From positions 24,135 to 84,036 of the forward strand of contig NW_015165371.1 in NCBI RefSeq assembly GCF_001447785.1: a DNA stretch of 59,902 nucleotides, written 5' to 3'. The notes under the pieces are model-generated. The model saw nothing but the letters and a program-made list of their open reading frames with translations, was not told the origin of the DNA and searched no databases. Shown here in pieces: positions 22,745-34,796 of the stretch (position 1 is the first letter of the stretch; every line of letters starts with the position of its first letter). This DNA comes from Gekko japonicus. Lineage: Eukaryota. Made by a program: the position numbers and the translations under genes.

Positions 22745-23010
22745 TTTATTTCCTTTGAACTTCAAAGTATGCCGTTTGCCCCCATTCCAAGAATGCCTCA
22801 TGAGAAATTTCACCTCCAAGAAACAGTTATTTGCCCAGATCTCAATGATGGTAAGGGTTTTTGTGTTTGTTAAATTCCTCTCCATTCCCTTTTGTCTGCT
22901 GAGGTACAAGAAAGTAAGGGGGGGGAAGATGTCTTGATTTACCTCATGGGAATGGCTTCCAAGACAGCAACATTCTCCGATACCAATTAACTAGAATCAC
23001 TATGAGAGAT
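22745..23010 (-). promoter_or_regulatory. Putative OR-3 promoter
   Basis: Aligns to 32695-32940; cctcatgaga, cctcatggga and CAATTA are conserved. Confidence 0.5.
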
Positions 23011-23070
23011 CCCCCCTGCCTTCTGATTTAACTTTCTAAGAGAACAGGTGACAACTTTTGGGAGACCTAA

Positions 23071-23344
23071 GCTGCGGTCACACATGGGAGAAAATGCGGG
23101 CGGGAAGCGAGGCTGTTTGCCCCGGGCTGAAATGACGCGCGTTTGCGTGATCACACTTCCAGCCCCGCAGTTCCAGATACTAGAAGGTTTTACCTGGTGG
23201 CTTTTTTCCATGCTCCTGCAGCGCGATATGATGCCCCGCCGCCGACTCCGGGATGCTGGACAGATGTGTCTGTCTGATCACGCCCCTTTACTCCATGGGG
23301 GAATCGCACCATTGCTGCCGCTTTTGGTACATATGATCGCACCC
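23071..23344. mobile_element. Degenerate Harbinger MITE
   Basis: gctgcggtcacacatg ... catatgatcgcacc TIR remnants, preceded by TAA. Confidence 0.55.
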
Positions 23345-23453
23345 CTACAGTGTCATCCTAAACAGGTCTCCTCAGAATCCTTCTCTGGTCTATTCACTGG
23401 GGATTATTCTCAGNNNNNNNNNNNNNNNNNNNNNNNNNNNNNNNNNNNNNNNN

Positions 23454-24760
23454 TCTCTGGTTCACCTTGTGAGTTCTCCATACACAGAGAATTTTCAGAA
23501 ACAATAATCTAGAGTTCTTGCAACATAGAGTCACAGGGTCTCCTGGGAAATACAGTGTTCAGTGTCTCCAGGCTGAGGCCATTAACCATTAACATTTGGG
23601 ACTTAAAGAGGAGGTATGGATGATGCAGCATGGGCCTACCCTACCCGGGGCATAAATGACTTTCTAATCCTGGGCCTAACTGGCACCTCAGTGTGTGCTG
23701 ATCACTTAGCCAACTTCCAAGCCTTGGCAGCTGAAATGGGAGTACCACTGGTGACAACAAGACCAGGGCCCTACCTTATGGTTACGTTCCTGGCCATCCA
23801 GCTTAATATGGCTCAGGGCATACCACACCTCTCGGAGGATGAACTAGTGTCCATAAATTCCTTGCTATGGTGGGTTATCTACTGCAACAAGTGCACCCTA
23901 TAGGAAATATAGACCCTCCTTGGCCACCGTAATATTGTTTGCCTGGTGGTATTCCCTGGGTGTGTATTTGCACACAAATCCCAACTGCAAAGATCAGCTG
24001 ATGGTTCAGGAAGCTCTGGGAAGCAGATGCTATAGCATCATATTCTCTCCCGAATCCCCCCCCCCTTTCCAGGTACCACACCCAAATCTTCTGAATGTCC
24101 CAAGCCATACTTAAAATTGCTTGTCATGAGGCCATGACTGCCTGTATCCTTCCTTTCTCCAGATGTCTCTCTGTTCTAAAGCATAATCTGACTAATAGGG
24201 TGCGTTCAGATGGGGGCTTTCTACCGGCATAAACTCTACTGCAACAAGTGCACCCTATAGGAAATATAGACCCTCCTTGGCCACCGTAATATTGTTTGCC
24301 TGGTGGTATTCCCTGGGTGTGTATTTGCACACAACTGGCACACTCCAGTTGTAATGGTTAAGTGCGCGGAGTCTAATCTGGGAGAACCAGGTTTGATTCC
24401 CCACTCCTCCACTTGAACCTGGCTGGATGACCTTGGGCAAGCCATAGTTTGGACAAGAGCTGTCCTTGAAAAAGAGCAGTTTCTGCCAGAGCTCTCTCAG
24501 CCCCACCTACCTCACAGGGTGTCTGTTGTGGGGAGGGGAAGGGAAAGACGTTTGTAAGCTGCTCTGAGACACCTTTGGGTAGTGAAGGGTGGGGTATAAA
24601 TCCAATCTCTTCTTCTTCTTCCACATAAGGGGTCCAGGCCCCTCATTGCCATATCAGGATCACACAAGGCACAGGAGGAGACCTGAGTGTTTGGCTTAAC
24701 TTTATAGGAACTTTAATGAGTCAAGTATCACGACTTGGATTTCTAATGCTACGGACCTGG
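23454..24760 (+). mobile_element. Degraded DIRS/Ngaro-type retrotransposon RT-RNase H remnant, copy 1, interrupted by a SINE
   Basis: NDFLILG..TSVCADHLANFQALAAEMGVPL..GP...TFLAIQL..LSEDEL..CTL.EI.TLLGH..IVCLVV.PG.VF resembles the DIRS RT region after YLDDF; HIRIT..DLSVWL follows. Confidence 0.65.
24347..24620 (+). mobile_element. Squam3-like SINE, duplicated at 26827-27101
   Basis: SINE consensus; same flanks in both copies. Confidence 0.85.
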
Positions 24761-25680
24761 AAACCCTCCACTCAGGGCTCCCTGAGACTTCCCTAATCTG
24801 GGTGGGCCTCCTTGAATGGCACAAGGGGCACGGTGCCTTACCACAAGGCTGGGTGGACTTAAGCATAGATCGAGCAAAGTGGTAGCATGGGTGGTCATGT
24901 CTATGGGAGGTTGTATCATTGGCCATCTTGACATCAGTCACAGGCAACCTGCCCTCTATGGAGCTGATGGGGTCTATTTATCCAAGTGGGACATGGATCT
25001 GGCTACATGGCATATGGGATATATACCTTGGTTGGTTACAGGTGTAGGAACATTAGTGGGAGGGGCTCTTGTAGTGTTTGGAGCACTGGGGTGGATCATT
25101 TTGGCCAGGGAAGTGGTGCCAGTGTGCCCACATCCCACATTCTGGGGAATCCCTTAAGGGATCATGGGGTGGAGCCAATTCACTGGCATGTCCAGCTCAG
25201 GGGCTGTAAGTGGGGGTCTCACCACCAGTTGGCAACAAGAGCCATACAGTGCCCGGTGCCCACATGATTCCCTGTGGTTTGCCACTCATTGGTGGCACTC
25301 CCAGCAGGTAGGCTGGGCTGTGGGGTTCATGGGTCAGCAGGTGGGTCATCAGATGCTGCACCAATGCTCCTGTGGTGTATTCGGCCCAATCTGGTTTGGG
25401 AAATTCCTGGAAGTTTGGGTGGTGATGGCATTTAGGCAGGAAATAGAAGCAAAGTATCTAACATACAGGTCCACCAACACATGACAATAATTTCAATTTC
25501 AACACAGAGGTAAGGCACAAAAAATGTGGCTGGGACTTACCCCTGCACCGTGTTTGTGGGCTCTGGGATTGAGGGGTGCAGAGCAGTAGAGAACCATGTG
25601 GTCTCCAGCAGCCTGACTGCATGGCTGGTACAGGGGCAGAGTCTGTGGTGGCATGAGGACGGCTGGACCTGGGCTGGGGC

Positions 25681-25878
25681 TGTGGGTGGTTTTGAGGGCC
25701 AGGACCTCCCACACTTCTCCTAAAAGTATTGTGGGTGGTTTTGAGGGCCAGGACCTCCCACCCTTCTCCTAAAAGTATTGTGGGTGATTTTGAGGGCCAG
25801 GACCTCCCACCCTTCTCCTAAAAGTATTGTGGGTGGTTTTGAGGGCCAGGACCTCCCACACTTCTCCTAAAAGTATTG
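25681..25878. repeat. 49-bp minisatellite, 4 copies
   Basis: tgtgggtggttttgagggccaggacctcccacacttctcctaaaagtat starting at 25681, 25730, 25779 and 25828. Confidence 0.95.
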
Positions 25879-26007
25879 GCACTGCAGCTGGGGCCTTGCT
25901 CCTGTTGCTTGCATGTGGACCAAGGAATGCCTAGGGACCACTCTGCGGCAGGTGCCACCTTAGGAACATCCAGTCCCTTTTATTGCGTGGACGGTTAAGT
26001 TGTCCAC

Positions 26008-27867
26008 AGATCACCCATTTTCAGAATGACTTTCTAATCCTGGGCCCAACTGGCACCTCAGTGAGTGCTGATCACTTAGCCAACTTCCAAGCCTTGGCAG
26101 CTGAAATGGGAGTACCACTGGTGGCAACAAGACTAGGGCCCTACCTTATGTTTACGTTCCAGGCCATACAACTTAATTTGGCTCAGGGCATACCACGGCT
26201 CTCGGAGGATGAACTAGTGTCCATAAATTCCTTGCTATGGTGGGTTATGTACTGCAACAAGTGCACCCTACAGGAAATATAGACCCTCCTTGGCCACCAT
26301 AATATTGTTTGCCTGGTGGTACGCCCTGGGTGTGTATTTGCACACAACTGGCACACTCCAGTTGTAATGGTTAAGTGCGCGGAGTCTAATCTGGGAGAAC
26401 CGGGTTTGATTCCGCACTCCTCCACTTGAGAACCAGGTTTGATTCCCCACTCCTCCATAAATTCCTTGCTATGGTGGGTTATGTACTGCAACAAGTGCAC
26501 CCTACAGGAAATATAGACCCTCCTTGGCCACCATAATATTGTTTGCCTGGTGGTACGCCCTGGGTGTGTATTTGCACACAACTGGCACACTCCAGTTGTA
26601 ATGGTTAAGTGCGCGGAGTCTAATCTGGGAGAACCGGGTTTGATTCCGCACTCCTCCACTTGAGAACCAGGTTTGATTCCCCACTCCTCCATAAATTCCT
26701 TGCTATGGTGGGTTATGTACTGCAACAAGTGCACCCTACAGGAAATATAGACCCTCCTTGGCCACCATAATATTGTTTGCCTGGTGGTACGCCCTTGGTG
26801 TGTATTTGCACACAACTGGCACACTCCAGTTGTAATGGTTAAGTGCGTGGAGTCTAATCTGGGAGAACCGGGTTTGATTCCCCACTCCTCCACTTGCACC
26901 TGGCTGGATGACCTTGGGCAAGCCGTAGTTCTGACAAGAGCTGTCCTTGAAAAAGAGCAGTTTCTGCCAGAGCTCTCTCAGCCCCACCTACCTCACAGGG
27001 TGTCTGTTGTGGGGAGGGGAAGGGAAAGGAGTTTGTAAACTGCTCTGAGACACCTTTGGGTAGTGAAGGGTGGGGTATAAATCCAATCTCTTCTTCTTCT
27101 TCCACATAAGGGGTCCAGGCCCCTCATTGCCATATCAGGATCACACAAGGCACAGGAGGAGACCTGAGTGTTTGGCTTAACTTTATAGGAACTTTAATGA
27201 GTCAAGTATCATGACTTGGATTTCTAATGCTACGGACCTGGAAACCCTCCACTCAGGGCTCCCTGAGACTTCCCTAATCTGGGTGGGCCTCCTTGAATGG
27301 CACAAGGGGCATGGTGCCTTACCACAAGGCAGGGTGGACTTAGTTAGGCATAGATCAAGCAAAGTGTTAGCATGGGTGGTCATGTCTATGGGAGGTTGTA
27401 TCATTGGCCATCTTGACATCAGTCACAGGCAACCTGCCCTCTATGGAGCTGATGGGGTCTATTTATCCAAGTGGGACATGGATCTGGCTACATGGCATAT
27501 GGGATATATACCTTGGTTGGTTACAGGTGTAGGAACATTAGTGGGAGGGGCTCTTGTAGTGTTTGGAGCACTGGGATGGATCATTTTGGCTAGGGAAGTG
27601 GCGCCAGTGTGCCCACATCCCACATTCTGGGGAATCCCTTAAGGGATCATGGGGTGGAGCCAATTCAATGGCATGTCCAGCTCAGGGGCTGTAAGTGGGG
27701 GTCTCACCACCAGTTGGCAACAAGAGCCATACAGTGCCCGGTGCCCACATGATTCCCTGTGGTTTGCCACTCATTGGTGGCACTCCCAGCAAGTAGGCTG
27801 GGCTGTGGGGTTCACTGGTCAGCAGGTGGGTCATCAGATGCGACACCAATGCTCCTGTGGTGTATTC
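26008..27867 (+). repeat. Second copy of the DIRS remnant, SINE and flank (duplicate of ~23655-25381), with an internal 234-bp triplication
   Basis: Near-identical to 24236-25381 at an offset of ~2481 bp; ccataaattccttgc recurs at 26221, 26455 and 26689. Confidence 0.9.
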
Positions 27868-28450
27868 AATAACGTTGTGGCCTTTTTTGCACACAAGATT
27901 ATCAGCAGTCCATTGTATCATTCCTCACCTGTGCACCCTCTCCACCTTATGCTCCTGGGCCCCCAAGCAGTAGTTAAAATACGGGGTTGATTGTTAGTAT
28001 ACTCTATTATTAGAACAAAGACAGTTGTCACTGGCTAATAGTCAACATTGCTATCTTTTCCATTCACCTCTTCTAAGTCCCTATTATTCTTCCTGGTTTG
28101 TATTCTGATCCCCCCCCCCCATGGAAAATCTGGCTGGTTTTAACCCAGTCAGAATTACAGCATTACAGACAAGGTTGAAAAAAGAGGAGATTTGAAGAGG
28201 TAACTGGAAAAGGCAGTGGCGTTAAACATTACTTAGTGCCACCAAGTCACAACTGACTCATGGTGATCCCAACAAGAGACTCCCATGGCAAGTGAAAAGC
28301 AGAGGAGGTTTGCCATGGCCTTCCTCTTCAGAACCTTACTTGATGGTCTCCTATCCAAGTACATTCCTGTTAAGATTTTGAGATCTGACAAGGTCAGGCG
28401 ATGCCATGCCACCTCCCCTCCCTCACCAGTCCATTAGCAAATGGCAATCT

Positions 28451-28909
28451 TTGTTGTTGTTGTTCAGTCGCACAGTCGAGTCCGACTCTTCGCGACCCCA
28501 TGGACCAGATCACGCCAGGCCTTCCTGTCTTCCGCCGTCCTCTGCAGTTTGCTCGATTTCATGTTCGTTGTATCTATCACACTGTCTAACCATCTCATCC
28601 TTTGCCGTCCCCGTCTTCTTTGGCCTTCCGTCTTCCCCAGCATCAGGGCCTTATTCTCCAGGGAGTGCTCCCTTCTCATTTGGTGGCCAAAGTATTTGAG
28701 CTTCAGTTTCATTATCTGGCCTTCCAGGGAACAGTCAGGGTTGATTTCTTTTAGGATTGACTGATTTGATCTTCTTGCAGTCCAAGGGACTCTCAAGAGC
28801 CTTCTCCACACCCATAGTTCAAAAGAATCTATTCTTCAGCGCTCGGCCTTCCTTATAGTCCAACTCTCGCAGCCATACATGACTACTGGGAATACCATTG
28901 CTTTGACCA
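28451..28909 (-). mobile_element. Bov-B (RTE clade) LINE 3' fragment
   Basis: WRRLLRVPWTARRSNQSILKEINP..SLEG..LKLKYFGH...MLGK.EG.RRRGRQRMRWLD; (CAA)n tail. Confidence 0.92.
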
Positions 28910-29369
28910 TTTGTATTTTACATTTCTCTATAATACTGATTGGGTTGAATCCAGCTAAGAGTTTTCATTCATGCTCTCGCAGTTCTCCTCCTTACTACAG
29001 TTCCCATCCCAAGTGGCTTTTGTACATACAGGTCCCATGATCTCTAGCGTAGCCTTTTTGGGTAGTCAAAGGGGGCTCCCTGCTTCCTGTTCCAGCAGCA
29101 AAAAACCTGGTTGAATCAAATCCACTCGAGTTGCCAGCAGACCGGGAGAAAAATAGAGGATTACAGCATAAGAATAAGCATTTGAAGCTTTTTGTGGCAT
29201 GGAGGCAAATAATATCTCCTGGTATGTAGCAGCCCATTAAGCTTCAATTAAAATTTATTTTATTTATTTTATTTCATTAGAATTATAGCCCCCCCCCTGC
29301 AGAACAGGGCTCAGAAGAACTGGAAAGTTGGCATCCCTACACTTTCTTTTACAATCCTACAATCCCTAC

Positions 29370-29917
29370 ATACCTGCCTTTCCCCGTATATACCCCAAAG
29401 AGCACTACGGTCTGGGGCACAACATCGCCTAGTGATTCTAGGCCCCAAGGAGGCCCGACTTGTTGCAACCAGGGCTAGGGCCTACTCAGTGGCAGCTCCT
29501 ACCTGGTGGAATGAGCTCCCGGAGGAGATCAGGGCCTTGCGGGACCTCACACAGTTCCGCAGGGCCTGCAAGACGGAGCTCTTCCACCAGACATTTGATT
29601 AGGTGCCGACACTACTACCATCACCAACGAACCCGGCTGATAACTGGGAATGGAGTGGCCGTAGGATGATCACATTTCAGTGGTGTGGCGGATCAGTACT
29701 GTTGTATGAGGATGGAGGCAACATCTACTGAACACCATCTTGTCTTAATTTAAGAGCAACAGCATTGAGCACTTTATGTAATTTTTGGTTATTTACTCTG
29801 TTTTATCTTGTTTTATTTGGTTTTATGTATTGGCACATGGTGCCCCTGTTTGTTTGCCGCCCTGAGCCCATTTGTGGGGAGGGAGGGGGTAGAAATGTAA
29901 ATAAATAAAAAATAAAA
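29370..29917 (+). mobile_element. L2-clade LINE 3' fragment
   Basis: TRARAYSVAAPTWWNELP-type C-terminus, ccgccctgagccc..gggagg terminal hairpin, (TAAA)n tail. Confidence 0.7.
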
Positions 29918-30796
29918 ATGAATACAATTTAGTGGACATCACTGGTTGAAATATATAGACACAGTGTTTTAGAGATGTATACATATTTTTAAAAATGTGA
30001 ATAATCACACTATACAAGGGTGCCTATGGCGTAAGGAAAACTTTGTATAAAGCTCAATATCCCTCATGTTAAACAGGCAGTATTCTGAATCTGATCCTGT
30101 AAGAAAGGGAACTAGTGAAAGTGGTCTTTTTTCTTCTTCCCCGAGAGTGCATGTGAAGCAATAGGACATTGGTCCAGCCCAGCTAAGCTCATTGTTCACC
30201 CTATTGGTTTAATGAGAGAGATTAAAGCATGTGCTTTCCTTTTCCTTCGAAATCAAAGGGATTTTAAAAGGGCTGCGTTCCCATCACTTTTTACTGGAAG
30301 CAAACTGTAAGGAGTCCAGCATAGACCACGATGCCAATGGAAATTAAACCAGTTTGAAAATATAAGGCAATTAACAGAACATTCTATGTGTTGCCATGTC
30401 TGATAAACCCAATAGTCCATTTTCTTAAGCATCCAATTTTTTTGGAGTAGCCCTACAGATGCCCTGAGAAGTGGCTCGGGACTTTAAAACATCAGAGCAG
30501 TTGGGCTTTATCCTTATGAGCAATTGCATCTCTAGTCAGCACTCTGGTCTTGTAGAATCATAAGGCATCTTCTAGACAATTCGTACCCTTAAGGTATGCA
30601 TGACAAAGGGACAAACACCTCTATGTGACAGAATGATGGTTTTATCTCTTTTGATACTGTTGTTCTCCTTCTTTCAAGAGGTCATCTCTTACTACTATGG
30701 TCAGCTAAGTGTAGAAACGCCCTTTAAAGGAAGGGACTTCTCTGCCAGAGAAAGGGTCCCTATTGGTCTGTGCTAGAATCTAAATGTTCCTTTGAC

Positions 30797-31215
30797 CTGG
30801 ATGGCCCAGGCTAGCCTGATCTCATCAGATCTTGAAAGCTAAACAGGTCCGGCTCTTTCTAGGGCTTGGATGGGAGACCACCAAGGAAGTCCAGGGTTGC
30901 TATGCAGAAGCAGGCAATGGCAAACTACCTGTATATGGTAAACATATACCATATACAGTTGACATAAATGAGCTGTGACCAATGTTCCCTCTAAGCTTTG
31001 GAGTCTTGTGAGCAAAAATTCTACTTTGTGAGCTACTGGCATTAAAGCTGTGAGCGAGCGATGTGGCTACTGTATAAATTAGTTTGCTCTGGAGCCATCC
31101 TTCCTGAGCTAAGACAAAAATGTGTGAGCCAGAGGCTAAAAAACTGTGAGCTAGCTCACACTAACTCAGCTTAGAGGGAACACTGGCTGTGACTCAACGG
31201 CACCTTTTACCACCA
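30797..31215 (+). mobile_element. 5S-derived SINE split by a hAT MITE (30980-31185)
   Basis: 5S-like head; MITE has the same TIRs as 19015-19220 and an 8-bp TSD GCTGTGAC (30972-30979, 31186-31193). Confidence 0.8.
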
Positions 31216-31426
31216 ACATCTAAATGCAGCTTCAAGAAGTTCATTGAAAGTATAGAAATGTTCAAGAATTTGAATTGTTGAATCGATGAATATAAATTTG
31301 AATACATACATCAGTGAGCTTAAGATATGAATGAGAATGAAGTGACCCGGCACTGAAATAAGCAACACTGACCCACTCTCTGAAATCTTACATTACCGTA
31401 TCTGTTCCCAACCTTTTTGTCCATTT

Positions 31427-32374
31427 TTAAAATCCACGTTTCAACAACCGCTTCTTATAGATCATACTTCTGACAGCCTCTTTCACCTCCAAATTCCTTA
31501 TGGTGTATATGAAAGGGTTCAGCATTGGGGTCAGTACGGTATTCAAAATGGCTACTACCCTGCTTGTGTGGGACAAAGCATGCACATTCGGCCTCACATA
31601 CATGAAGATGATAGCTCCGTACAATATGGAGACCACCGTGAGGTGTGACGTACAAGTGGAGAACGCCTTCTTGCGCCCTGCAGCTGAGGGAATGCGTAAG
31701 ATGGTTGTGATGATGAAGATGTAGGACACCACCGTTAAGGTCAAGGTTGTAATAACAAGCATCACAGAGCTCAGCAATCCCAAAGACTCAATGAGCTGAA
31801 TATCGGCACAGGCTAAGCTTAAAACAGGCCCAATGTCACAGTAGAAATGATCGACAACATTGGAACCACAAAAAGGCAACCTCCACACAAAAAGGGACTG
31901 GAAAAACATAATGCTGAATGATGAGTACCAGGTGGCCAAAGTCATCTGAATGCAAACATGTCTGGTCATGATCATTGGGTACTGAAGTGGCTTGCATATG
32001 GCCAAATAACGGTCAAAGGCCATCGCTGTGAGGATGAATATCTCAGTAGTGCCCAAGATGAAATGGAAGAAGCCTTGCACCATGCAGCATACAAAGCAAA
32101 TGGTGGTCTGTCTTTCTATAAGTGTCTGCAGCAGCTTGGGGACCACAGTTGTGGTGTAGCAGATCTCTAGGAAAGCCAAGTTGCTCAGGAAGAGGTACAT
32201 GGGAGTCTGAAGTCTTGGCTCGATGGCTACAATGACAAGGATAAATCCATTCCCCATGATGGTTGTGATGTACATGAACAAGCCCGCAACAAAGAAGACT
32301 CGATGGAAATCATGTAGAAAGGGAATGCCCAGAAGGATAAATTCAGTTACTGTTGATGAATTCATCTCCTTCAT
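31427..32374 (-). CDS. Olfactory receptor, OR6 family; 315 aa (OR-4, paralog of OR-3)
   Basis: LQTPMYLFLSNL, MAFDRYLAICKPL, KAFSTCTSHL, TPMLNPFIYTIRN; NSS sequon. Confidence 0.95.
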   Translation of the reverse strand: MKEMNSSTVTEFILLGIPFLHDFHRVFFVAGLFMYITTIMGNGFILVIVAIEPRLQTPMYLFLSNLAFLEICYTTTVVPKLLQTLIERQTTICFVCCMVQGFFHFILGTTEIFILTAMAFDRYLAICKPLQYPMIMTRHVCIQMTLATWYSSFSIMFFQSLFVWRLPFCGSNVVDHFYCDIGPVLSLACADIQLIESLGLLSSVMLVITTLTLTVVSYIFIITTILRIPSAAGRKKAFSTCTSHLTVVSILYGAIIFMYVRPNVHALSHTSRVVAILNTVLTPMLNPFIYTIRNLEVKEAVRSMIYKKRLLKRGF

Positions 32375-32694
32375 GATAGCAGAAAAAAACAGTCAAATCA
32401 TGTCCTGAATATTTTCAGGAATCATTATTTGACAGGTTTCAAAGCAAGAAAACAATATATGCTGAAAGTCAACGTTATTAACAATTGCAAGCATTACCTT
32501 TTTTTACAGTGGCATTCTGTAGAAAGCTTCAGAAAATAATGCAGTAGTGCTTGATTCCCTCATTATAATCTCTACACATTTTAGGTATCAATCCGTGATG
32601 CACCTACAACTAGCAGCTATTTTTTCTTTCTTTTCTTCTCTGTCAGCAAGACAGGATCTTCTTTGGAATTAATAACTTTTGGGTGGGTCATTTT

Positions 32695-32940
32695 ATCTCC
32701 TTGATCTTCCAAGGACCCAATTTGTCCATATTTCAATAATTCCTCATGAGACATTTCTCCTCCAAATAATTGTTAACGGAGTCTTTTAATATTAACTAAA
32801 ACTAAGGGAATCTTCACCCACCTTTCTCTAACTGAGGTTTCAGAACAAAAGACACTTCAATTATTATTGGATTCTCTAAGGAAAGACTTCCTAAGAGGTA
32901 GTGTTCTCCCATATCAATTATCAAGATTCATTAAGTATTA
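32695..32940 (-). promoter_or_regulatory. Putative OR-4 promoter
   Basis: Aligns to 22745-23010; tcctcatgaga, ttctctaagga, ttcctaagagg, CAATTA. Confidence 0.5.
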
Positions 32941-34124
32941 GAAAGTTTTTGAAGATTACCGGAAAGTTTGTGCACACATTTATGGAATTCATGGCTCTGA
33001 GTAAATGTGATATGTTGGAAATTGAGGTCAAAATGCCCATCTCAGTCATGTGGAACATTTTTGCTATGATTTAGAAGTCATTGTTTAGTTCTCTGTGTTT
33101 CATTATCTGTGGCAATGAGATAATTCACTGATTTATAGTCCTACTTCCTTATTTCAAGAATTAAGCAAAAATGAATGGAATGTTTCAAACAATAAACTGA
33201 TTTTTAATATATATATAGGCTACAGAGAATGAGTTGTACATCTTTTTCTCTGATTGAGCCAGCATGAGCAATCTAAGGCACAGAAATGTTCACAAAAGAG
33301 TTTAATGACCAAAATCCTGTGCCCAAGGGGTTACATTTTAGAGTCTCTCTTTTTAAAAACAAATAGTCTTGCAGTCACCAGTGTGGAATTTTAAGTCCTT
33401 TCTGAGCAAACAAAGCAACATTCTAAAATATTGTCTCTGAAGAAAATATTCAGTCAGAACACATTGGAACATGTACTGTATTCAGTCAGACTATCCCTTA
33501 CATGTTTTTAGGATGCCTTGTTGTGTCATATGTGAGTTAAAATAAGGTTTATTAAATGTTATTTTCTCCCTAAGTTAAACTGTAACATTATATCTTTCCT
33601 TCATATCAGTGTGGTTTCTTTTAGCAACAGAAAACTGACTGGAATAGGAATGAAAGGTGTAAACAACCTTGCGATCTGGTTATTGTGATTGAGGGCTCCC
33701 CAGTCTAGTAGGGGTGTGCATAATGAAATTGCTGAGCTGAAGGTATACAGGGAAATGGCTGGTTTGGTTGATGATTTTTTCAAAACACTAATACAAATCT
33801 TGGCTTGTTGGTATAACAAAAAACCCCACTCTGATTTTTTTAAGGTTTCAGTGCCTACCAACCATGCAGCACGAACCCTTCTTTTTGTTTGATTCCACCG
33901 ATTTCCTGGACAATGACATTTCCCCCTTTCAATGAGATCCTTGCAAGGAAGGAGCACAGAGTGCTTCCAGCCAATCACCTTTCCTTCATTCATTTCTGTG
34001 AGGTGGCAGAGCCCTATATTTTTTAAAAAACTGTACCTGGGAAGAAAGTGAGCTAAGAACAACTTGTTCAAGGGCCTATATATTCAATACCTTGGTCCAA
34101 TTTACTTGAAACTTGGAGTTCTTC

Positions 34125-34332
34125 ATAAGAACATAAGATAAGCCAATGTTGGATCAGGCCAACGGCCCCTCCAGTCCAACACTCTGTGTCACACAGTGGC
34201 CAGAAATACCAGGTGCCATCAGGAGGTCCAGCAGTAGGGCTAGGACACTAGAAGCCCTCCCACTGGTGACCCCCCCAAGCACCAAGAATATAATGCATCA
34301 CTTGCCCCAGACTGAGAGTTCCTATCTATACC
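34125..34332 (-). mobile_element. CR1 3' UTR fragment
   Basis: cataagaacataag tail; similar to 34797-35000. Confidence 0.75.
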
Positions 34333-34461
34333 TCTATCATGTCATTTTGGTGTCTCTTGAAAGGTCCTCCCTGGGGATTAATAACAGAATGACAAGAAGT
34401 GATGGGGGAGTTCTGGAAAGAAGCCACTTTTACTTTGTGAAAAGAAACAGAGAGACCACAG

Positions 34462-34723
34462 CAAGAAAGGATAATAAGTGCAGAAGTTTTAGTTAAAAGG
34501 TATTTTTTTATTGTTAGTCACTGTAAGAGTACGAAAACAAAATGAACACAAGTGTTTGTTTGTTTTTAATGTCATATCTGGCCAGAGTTCTCACAAGAAA
34601 GGATAATAAGTGCAAAATTTTTAGTTAAAAGGTATTTTTTTTAATTGTTAGTCACTGTAAGAGTACAAAAACAAAATGAATGCAGTTGTTTGTTTTTTTA
34701 ATGTCATATCTGGCCAGAGTTCT
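34462..34723. repeat. Tandem duplication of ~132 bp
   Basis: caagaaaggataataagtgca...ggccagagttctc occurs twice. Confidence 0.9.
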
Positions 34724-34796
34724 CCTGCTAGGTTGACATTTGACCACCATTATGGGAAACAGTAAAGATGTGGCTGCACAGAAAATCACCTATTTA

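Noticed and set aside
25681-25878. Regular repeats that might suggest a CRISPR array
   Set aside because: Head-to-tail 49-bp units with no unique spacers and no cas genes, in a vertebrate context.
26183-26899. 238-aa ORF with three internal repeats
   Set aside because: Antisense read-through of the 234-bp (multiple of 3) triplication of SINE and DIRS sequence.
30797-30900. 5S rRNA-like sequences (also ~2480, 11655, 15575, 28350, 41070, 42520, 44400, 47700, 51860, 56330)
   Set aside because: They are diverged and partial and continue into a shared non-5S body, so they are SINE heads rather than rRNA genes.
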